Notes under the pieces: generated by a model
The model's input: only the letters and a program-made list of their open reading frames with translations
Told to the model about the DNA's origin: nothing
The model's database searches: none
Shown: positions 58,462-64,000 of the stretch, in pieces
Layout of the letters: the number at the start of each line of letters is the position of its first letter
Numbering within the stretch: the first letter of the stretch is position 1
Made by a program: the position numbers and the translations under genes
Origin: an uncultured beta proteobacterium
GTDB taxonomy: Bacteria > Pseudomonadota > Gammaproteobacteria > Burkholderiales > Casimicrobiaceae
NCBI GenBank assembly: GCA_963734575.1
Contig: CAVTHT010000007.1
Location: 160,549 to 224,548, forward strand
DNA: 64,000 nucleotides
Direction: 5' to 3'

Positions 58462-58508
58462 GATGCGGCGGGTCTGGCCTTCCTTGTCGTCGCTGCGCCT
58501 GCCGCCGG

Positions 58509-59225
58509 TCAGCGTGGCGCGCCGAGCCGCGCGACTTCGTTCTCGATCCAAGTTTCGACTTCCGTCGTGAGCGTCTGGGGGTCCTTGCCGGCCGAGCTGA
58601 TCGGCGGGCCGAACGAGATGGTAACGGTTCCGGGGCGTTTGCCGAAGACACCCTTGGGCCACAGGTAGCCCGCGTTGTGCGCGACCGGGATCACCGGCAC
58701 GCCGAGATTCAGCGCGAGACGGGCGCCGCCGGTCTTGTACTTGGCGCGCGTGCCCGGCCGGATGCGCGTGCCCTCCGGGTACACCGCGATCCAGAAGCCC
58801 TGCCTGAACCGTTCGCGTCCCTGCTCGGCGATCTGCTGCATCGCCGTCGTGCCGGCCTTGCGATCGATCGTGATCGGCGACGCGAGCGCGAACCCCCAGC
58901 CGAACAGCGGAATCGAGAGGAGCTCCTTCTTGGCGACGTAGGCGAGCGGCGGGAAATAGCGCGTGAGCGCGAGCGTCTCCCACGTCGAGCTGTGCTTGGA
59001 CATCACGATGTGCGGTACCGCCTTCGCGCCGTGCGGGATGTTGCGACGTCCCACTTCCTGCCACCGGATGCCGCAGATGGCGCGCGCGCCCCACAGGTTC
59101 ACCGCGCACCAGCTGGCGGCGAGGCGATAGCGGCCGATCCGCGGCAGCCAGAAGGTGGCGACCATCAGCACGGCATAGAACGCCGTCACGACGATCTGGT
59201 ACAGCATGAACAGCAGGGACCGCAT
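58509..59225 (-). CDS. plsC: 1-acyl-sn-glycerol-3-phosphate acyltransferase.
   Basis: ..IVMSKHSSTWETLAL (HX4D-type motif I) ..FPEGTR.., 238 aa, intact. Confidence 0.9.
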   Translation of the reverse strand: MRSLLFMLYQIVVTAFYAVLMVATFWLPRIGRYRLAASWCAVNLWGARAICGIRWQEVGRRNIPHGAKAVPHIVMSKHSSTWETLALTRYFPPLAYVAKKELLSIPLFGWGFALASPITIDRKAGTTAMQQIAEQGRERFRQGFWIAVYPEGTRIRPGTRAKYKTGGARLALNLGVPVIPVAHNAGYLWPKGVFGKRPGTVTISFGPPISSAGKDPQTLTTEVETWIENEVARLGAPR

Positions 59226-59231
59226 GGCGGG

Positions 59232-59786
59232 CTAGTCGCCTGATAGGAGTGCCGATGCGGCGAAGGCGAGATCGGGAAAGATCAGCGTGTTCTTGGGGAA
59301 GTTGCCCTCGCGCAGGGTCTTCTCGCCCTTGCCGGTGAGCACGAGCATCGGCTGGGCGCCGACGCCTTCCGCACATTGGAGGTCGCGCAGGCTGTCGCCG
59401 ACGCACGCAACCCCCGCCATGTCGACGCCGAACCGCACGCCGATCTCCTTCAGCATGCCGCACCTGGGCTTGCGACAGTCGCACATGGCGTCGGCGGTGT
59501 GCGGGCAGTAGAACACCGCGTCGATGCGCCCGCCGGCGAGGGCGAGGGCGCGATGCATCTTCTCGTTGATGGCGTTGAGCGTCGCCATGTCGAGCAGCCC
59601 GCGGCCGATGCCCGACTGGTTGGTGGCGACGACCACCCGATAGCCCGCGTGGTGCAGGCGTGCGATCGCTTCCAGGCTGCCGGGGATCGCACGCCATTCC
59701 TCGGGCGTCTTGATGAACTGCTCGCTGTCGTGATTGATCACGCCATCACGGTCGAGCACGATGAGCTTGGTGGCGCGGTAGGGCAT
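59232..59786 (-). CDS. gmhB: D-glycero-beta-D-manno-heptose-1,7-bisphosphate 7-phosphatase.
   Basis: LIVLDRDGVIN (HAD DxDGT-like) ..VVATNQSGIGRG..CPH..C.CRKP..GM zinc-binding loop. Confidence 0.9.
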   Translation of the reverse strand: MPYRATKLIVLDRDGVINHDSEQFIKTPEEWRAIPGSLEAIARLHHAGYRVVVATNQSGIGRGLLDMATLNAINEKMHRALALAGGRIDAVFYCPHTADAMCDCRKPRCGMLKEIGVRFGVDMAGVACVGDSLRDLQCAEGVGAQPMLVLTGKGEKTLREGNFPKNTLIFPDLAFAASALLSGD

Positions 59787-59816
59787 CGTGGAGGCTCTCG
59801 CGCGCGCCGGCCCGCG

Positions 59817-61949
59817 TCAGACGGCAAGTCGGGAGATGTCGGCGACGCGATTCATCGTCGCCGCGACGCCGCGCAGCAGCGCGAGCCGGTTGCTGCGGAT
59901 GGCCGGATCGTCGGCCATGACCATCACGTCGTCGAAGAAGCGGTCCACGGCAGGCTTCGCGGTCGCGAGTGCGGTGAGTGCCCCGGTGTAGTCGCCTGCC
60001 GCGCAACGGTCGTGCACGAGCGGCTCGAGCTTCTGGAACACGAGATAGAGGTCGTGCTCGGCCCCTTCGGAGAGGCGGGCCCGGTCCACGGCCATCGCCG
60101 CCTCGTCCTCCGCCTTGCGCAGGATGTTGACGATGCGCTTGTTGGCGGCGGAGAGCGTCTGCGCCTCGGGCAAGGCCTCGAAGGACTGCACGGCCTTGAG
60201 TCGCGCGGGGACGAGATGCACGTCGGGGGGCAGCGCATCGACCACGGCGGCGACCTGATTGGCCGTGTAGCCCTGCTCGCGCAGATAGCCGCGCAGGCGC
60301 TCGTAAACGAATGCGAGCACGTCGGTCTGCGCGTCCTGCATCGCCGGGACGCCGTCGAACGCGCTGAAGGCCAGCGCAACGAGCTCGGGCAGCGGCAGCG
60401 CGAGCTGCCCGTCGATGAGGATGCGCAGCACCCCGAGCGCAGCGCGGCGCAGTGCGAACGGGTCCCGGTCGCCGGTGGGCTGGGCGCCGATCCCGAACAT
60501 GCCGGCCAGGAGCTCGAGCTTGTCCGCAAGCGCCACGGACCGCGCAACCGCATCCTCCGGCAGCGCGTCGCCGGCGAAACGCGGCCAGTAGTGCTGCTCG
60601 ATCGCGCGTGCAACGGGCGCAGGTTCGCCGTCGTACTCGGCGTAGTAGCGCCCCATGAGTCCCTGCAGCTCGGGAAACTCGCCGACCATGTCGGTGAGGA
60701 GATCGGCCTTGGCGAGCTGTGCGGCCCGCTGCGCGAAGACGACGTCGGCATCCAGGCGCTCGGCGATCCCGCCGGTCAGCGCGACGACGCGGTCGACGCG
60801 CTCGGCCAGCGTGCCGAGCTTGTTGTGATACACGATCGAGGCGAGGCGCGGGATGCGATCGGCGAGCGACTGCTTGCGGTCCTGATCGTAGAAGAAGCGG
60901 GCGTCGGCGAGGCGCGCGCGCAGCACGCGCTCGTTGCCGCCGACGATCGCCGAAGGATCCTCGGTGGCGAGGTTGCTCACCAGCAGGAAGCGGCTGTGCA
61001 GCCGCCCGTCGGGGCCCGCGAGGGCGAAGTATTTCTGGTTCTGCTGCATGGTGAGGATCAGGCACTCCTGCGGCACCTCGAGGAATGCGGGATCGAACGT
61101 GCCGGCGTACACCATCGGCCACTCGACGAGCGACGTGACCTCGTCCAGCAGCGCGTCGGGCATGATCACCGTCGCGCCCGCGGCGGCTTCCTCCAGCGCG
61201 GCAATGATGCGGCCGCGGCGCTCGCCGAAGCGCGGCACGACCTTGCCTTCCGCTTCGAGCGTCTCCTCGTAGGCCTCCGCGGTGCGGATCGCCAGATCGG
61301 GGCGGCTCAGGAAGCGGTGGCCGCTCGTCACGCGCCCGGCGCGAAGCTGCAGGCGCTCGCAGAACATGTCCACCACGTCCGCGCCGTGCAGCGCGAGCAG
61401 ACGGTGCGCCGGACGCACGAACTTAACGTCGTTCTGGCCCGAGGACGATGACGATGCGTAGCTCATCACCTTGGGGATGGGCAGGCCCGCGATGGTGTCG
61501 TCGAGTGCCTCGGCGAGGCCGCGCGCGAGCGGCTGGCCCGCGGCAATACTTTCGAGGAACACGGCATCGACCTTGCCGTCGCTCTCGACGTACAGCCGGT
61601 CGGGACCATCGCCCGCATCCGGCCAGCGCTCTGCGAGCGCCTCGCGTCCGAGCGAGGCGAGCTTCTTGCGCAACGCCTTCGTCGGCCCCGTCGCGTCGAG
61701 CGCGACGTTGGCGGGCATCAGTCGCTGCACCACCGGCTGGTCGGGCGAGCGGGCGAGCACCTGCGTGATCCGCGCCGCGAGACGTCGCGGTGTCGCGAAG
61801 CCCGTGACCTCGCTGCCGGCCGTGAGATAGCCGCGCTGGCGCAGCCCCGCCTGCAGTGCGTCGGTGAAGGCTTCGCCGAGCCGCTTGAGCGCCTTCGGCG
61901 GCAGCTCCTCCGTGAGGAGCTCGACGACGAGCATGTCCGAGTCCGCCAT
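59817..61949 (-). CDS. glyS: Glycine--tRNA ligase beta subunit.
   Basis: [21 protein letters not shown].. 710 aa, collinear with GlyS. The ATG overlaps the glyQ stop (TGATG). Confidence 0.9.
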   Translation of the reverse strand: MADSDMLVVELLTEELPPKALKRLGEAFTDALQAGLRQRGYLTAGSEVTGFATPRRLAARITQVLARSPDQPVVQRLMPANVALDATGPTKALRKKLASLGREALAERWPDAGDGPDRLYVESDGKVDAVFLESIAAGQPLARGLAEALDDTIAGLPIPKVMSYASSSSSGQNDVKFVRPAHRLLALHGADVVDMFCERLQLRAGRVTSGHRFLSRPDLAIRTAEAYEETLEAEGKVVPRFGERRGRIIAALEEAAAGATVIMPDALLDEVTSLVEWPMVYAGTFDPAFLEVPQECLILTMQQNQKYFALAGPDGRLHSRFLLVSNLATEDPSAIVGGNERVLRARLADARFFYDQDRKQSLADRIPRLASIVYHNKLGTLAERVDRVVALTGGIAERLDADVVFAQRAAQLAKADLLTDMVGEFPELQGLMGRYYAEYDGEPAPVARAIEQHYWPRFAGDALPEDAVARSVALADKLELLAGMFGIGAQPTGDRDPFALRRAALGVLRILIDGQLALPLPELVALAFSAFDGVPAMQDAQTDVLAFVYERLRGYLREQGYTANQVAAVVDALPPDVHLVPARLKAVQSFEALPEAQTLSAANKRIVNILRKAEDEAAMAVDRARLSEGAEHDLYLVFQKLEPLVHDRCAAGDYTGALTALATAKPAVDRFFDDVMVMADDPAIRSNRLALLRGVAATMNRVADISRLAV

Positions 61950-62881
61950 CACGCCGCCGCCTTCGCGACTGCGCTGCCGAGCATCGGGAATCCGAGCGCC
62001 TCGCGCGACTCGTAGTACGCCTGCGCCACCATCCGCGAGAGGTTGCGGATGCGGCCGATGTACGCCGCACGCTCCGTGACCGAGATCGCGCCGCGCGCAT
62101 CCAGCAGGTTGAACGTGTGCGCTGCCTTGAGGATCATCTCGTAGCCGGGCAGCGGCAGCTTCGCCTCGAGCAGACGCTTCGCCTCGCTCTCGAAGAACGA
62201 GAACAGCTTGAAGAGCTCGGGCGCATTCGACTGCTCGAAGTTGTACGTCGACTGCTCCACCTCGTTCTGGTGGAACACGTCGCGGTAGGTGAGGGTGCGC
62301 TCGACGTTGCCCTGCGGAGTGCGCTCGTCCCACGTGGCCCACACGAGATCGAACACGTTCTCCTTGCCCTGCAGGTACATCGCGAGGCGCTCGAGACCGT
62401 AGGTGATCTCCCCGGTGATGGGATTGCAGTCGAGCCCGCCGACCTGCTGGAAGTACGTGAACTGCGTCACCTCCATGCCGTTGAGCCATACCTCCCAGCC
62501 GAGGCCCCAGGCGCCGAGGGTGGGGTTCTCCCAGTCGTCCTCGACGAAGCGCACGTCGTTCTTCGTGAGATCGAAGCCGAGTGCGGCAAGGGAGCCGAGA
62601 TAGAGGTCGAGGATGTCCGGCGGCGAGGGCTTCAGCACCACCTGATACTGGTAGTAGTGCTGCATGCGGTTCGGATTCTCGCCATAGCGACCGTCCTTGG
62701 GACGGCGGGAGGGCTGCACGTATGCGGCGCGCCACGGCTCCGGTCCGAGCGCGCGCAGGAACGTCGCGGTGTGCGACGTGCCGGCGCCGACTTCCATGTC
62801 GTAGGGCTGCAGCAGAGCGCATCCCTGACGATCCCAGTAGTCCTGCAGCTTGAGGATGACCTGCTGAAAAGTGAGCATGAT
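61949..62881 (-). CDS. glyQ: Glycine--tRNA ligase alpha subunit.
   Basis: [59 protein letters not shown] is near-identical in motif order to E. coli GlyQ. Confidence 0.9.
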   Translation of the reverse strand: MMLTFQQVILKLQDYWDRQGCALLQPYDMEVGAGTSHTATFLRALGPEPWRAAYVQPSRRPKDGRYGENPNRMQHYYQYQVVLKPSPPDILDLYLGSLAALGFDLTKNDVRFVEDDWENPTLGAWGLGWEVWLNGMEVTQFTYFQQVGGLDCNPITGEITYGLERLAMYLQGKENVFDLVWATWDERTPQGNVERTLTYRDVFHQNEVEQSTYNFEQSNAPELFKLFSFFESEAKRLLEAKLPLPGYEMILKAAHTFNLLDARGAISVTERAAYIGRIRNLSRMVAQAYYESREALGFPMLGSAVAKAAA

Positions 62882-62933
62882 GAAGCGATGTGCGCCATGT
62901 GCGGCGCGCTCGCGCACGATCCAAACCGCCATT

Positions 62934-64000
62934 TTAGCGTGCGGGACCGTCCTGCCCCGGTCGCCTGCTGCGATGGCCGCTGCGGCGCGCGGTCCATGCG
63001 GTCAGCGCGAGCACGAGCGCGGCGACGGCCACGGCGACGCCGTCACCCCAGCGCACATAGGGCGTTTCGCCGCGTCGTCCCTCGACGCTCACCTCGAGCG
63101 TGTCGCGCGTGAACCACGGCAGGCGTGCGATTTCGCGGCCGTCGTACGCGATGGCCGACGTGATGCCGGTGTTGGTCGAGCGCAGCAGCGGACGTGCGGT
63201 TTCCACGGCGCGCATGGCGGCGATCTGGTTGTGCTGCTCGGCGGCGAGCGAGCGCGCGTACCACGCGTCGTTGGTGACGTTCACCAGCACGGTTGCCGCG
63301 GCGGCCTGCGGACGGATGTCGGCGCCGAACACGTCCTCGTAGCAGATGTTCACCGCGACCCGCTGGTCCGCTATGGCGAAGGCAGGCTGGTCGGCCGCGC
63401 CGGCGCTCTGGTTCGCGAGCGGGATCGACAGCACCGAGCGGATGAACCAGCCGACCACGGGCTCCAGCGGAATCGTCTCGCCGAAGGGCACGAGGTGGCG
63501 CTTGCGATAGACCTGCGGTGCAGCCACGCCGAGGCTGATCACGCTGTTGTAATAGCGCAGTCCGGTGTGGCCGGGCTCCGGCGGCTCGACGGTGAAGAGG
63601 CCGGTCATCACCGCACCGTCGCGCTGCGCGGCGACGGCGAGCAGGTCCTCGAGCACGGTGCGCGGGACCTCGTCGGCGAACGCCGGCAGCGCGCTTTCCG
63701 GCAGGACCACGAGCCGGCCGCGCGACTCGCGTGCCAGCGTCGTGTACAGGCGGAAGGTGGCGTCGCGCATCGCGGGATCGAACTTGACGTCCTGGCTGAC
63801 GTTGCCCTGCACGAGGGAGACGGCGAGCGGGGCGCCCGCCACGACGCTCCACGAGACCGTACGCAGCGCCGCACCCACGGCGACGATTGCGAGCACCGCC
63901 AGCGCGGTGCCTGCCACGTCCCTGTGCCGGCGTTCGACGAACGCATCCACGCCGATGGCGCAGGCGGCGGCGATGCCCGCATATGCGAAGCTCACGAGCC
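62934..64000 (-). CDS. lnt: Apolipoprotein N-acyltransferase. Only the C-terminal CN-hydrolase domain is in the window; the gene continues past the 3' edge.
   Basis: ..[62 protein letters not shown] are Lnt nitrilase-fold motifs. The stop is at 62934. Confidence 0.85.
   Translation of the reverse strand, partial: LVSFAYAGIAAACAIGVDAFVERRHRDVAGTALAVLAIVAVGAALRTVSWSVVAGAPLAVSLVQGNVSQDVKFDPAMRDATFRLYTTLARESRGRLVVLPESALPAFADEVPRTVLEDLLAVAAQRDGAVMTGLFTVEPPEPGHTGLRYYNSVISLGVAAPQVYRKRHLVPFGETIPLEPVVGWFIRSVLSIPLANQSAGAADQPAFAIADQRVAVNICYEDVFGADIRPQAAAATVLVNVTNDAWYARSLAAEQHNQIAAMRAVETARPLLRSTNTGITSAIAYDGREIARLPWFTRDTLEVSVEGRRGETPYVRWGDGVAVAVAALVLALTAWTARRSGHRSRRPGQDGPAR

Noticed and set aside
59817-62924. 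A 1035-aa ORF spanning glyS and glyQ.
   Set aside because: Only the C-terminal 710 aa (from MADSDM at 61949) match GlyS. The upstream 325 aa are an out-of-frame read-through of glyQ, which is intact in its own frame (61949-62881).

Overview
This window is a high-GC (about 69-70%) proteobacterial chromosomal segment. Gene order (lnt-glyQ-glyS-gmhB-plsC, lppL-lysA, cyaY, a Bug/TctC binding protein) suggests a betaproteobacterium. No transposases, integrases, CRISPR arrays or prophage genes were found, and the single tRNA (CAT anticodon) has no integrase next to it. Contents fall into six parts:
- 1-3.6 kb: thiG/thiS, an ECF sigma with a zf-HC2 anti-sigma, a Ku-like protein and a hemerythrin.
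- 3.6-11 kb: a sensory block (CHASE3 histidine kinase, a receiver-less sigma54 activator, a LuxR response regulator and a CheY-like receiver), then a likely sigma54-driven stress operon (DUF1328-yqjD-yqjE-yqjK-bacterioferritin), an AI-2E permease and a broken YihY.
- 12-20 kb: small envelope and stress genes (lipoproteins, a Cys-repeat secreted protein, CsbD), an FNT channel, TctC with tartrate dehydrogenase, and the tRNA.
- 20.5-33.8 kb: a neutral-lipid storage locus. It holds a B12-binding MerR regulator, a lipase, a two-domain fatty acyl-CoA reductase, two phasins with histone-H1-like tails, an ACBP, a WS/DGAT wax-ester synthase, a TetR regulator, a patatin lipase, a Tat-dependent two-subunit GMC oxidoreductase and a PHA-system protein.
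- 33.9-48.3 kb: a near-complete beta-oxidation cluster (TetR, fadE, a thiolase, fadJ/B-like, fadD, a thioesterase, fadL, a fused 3-hydroxyacyl-CoA dehydrogenase/enoyl-CoA hydratase, fadA). It is followed by an uncharacterised operon (a periplasmic chalcone-isomerase-like protein, two DUF proteins and a TPR protein).
- 51-64 kb: housekeeping genes (rnhA, a methyltransferase, gloB, mltD, a histone-H1-like repeat protein, lysA, cyaY, an M48/DUF45 hydrolase, plsC, gmhB, glyS, glyQ, lnt).
About 28 conserved genes need a +/-1 frame change to reconstruct, several inside (CG)n or homopolymer runs. This points to indel errors in a draft assembly rather than pseudogenes, so many large stop-free antisense ORFs in the six-frame track are GC artefacts.
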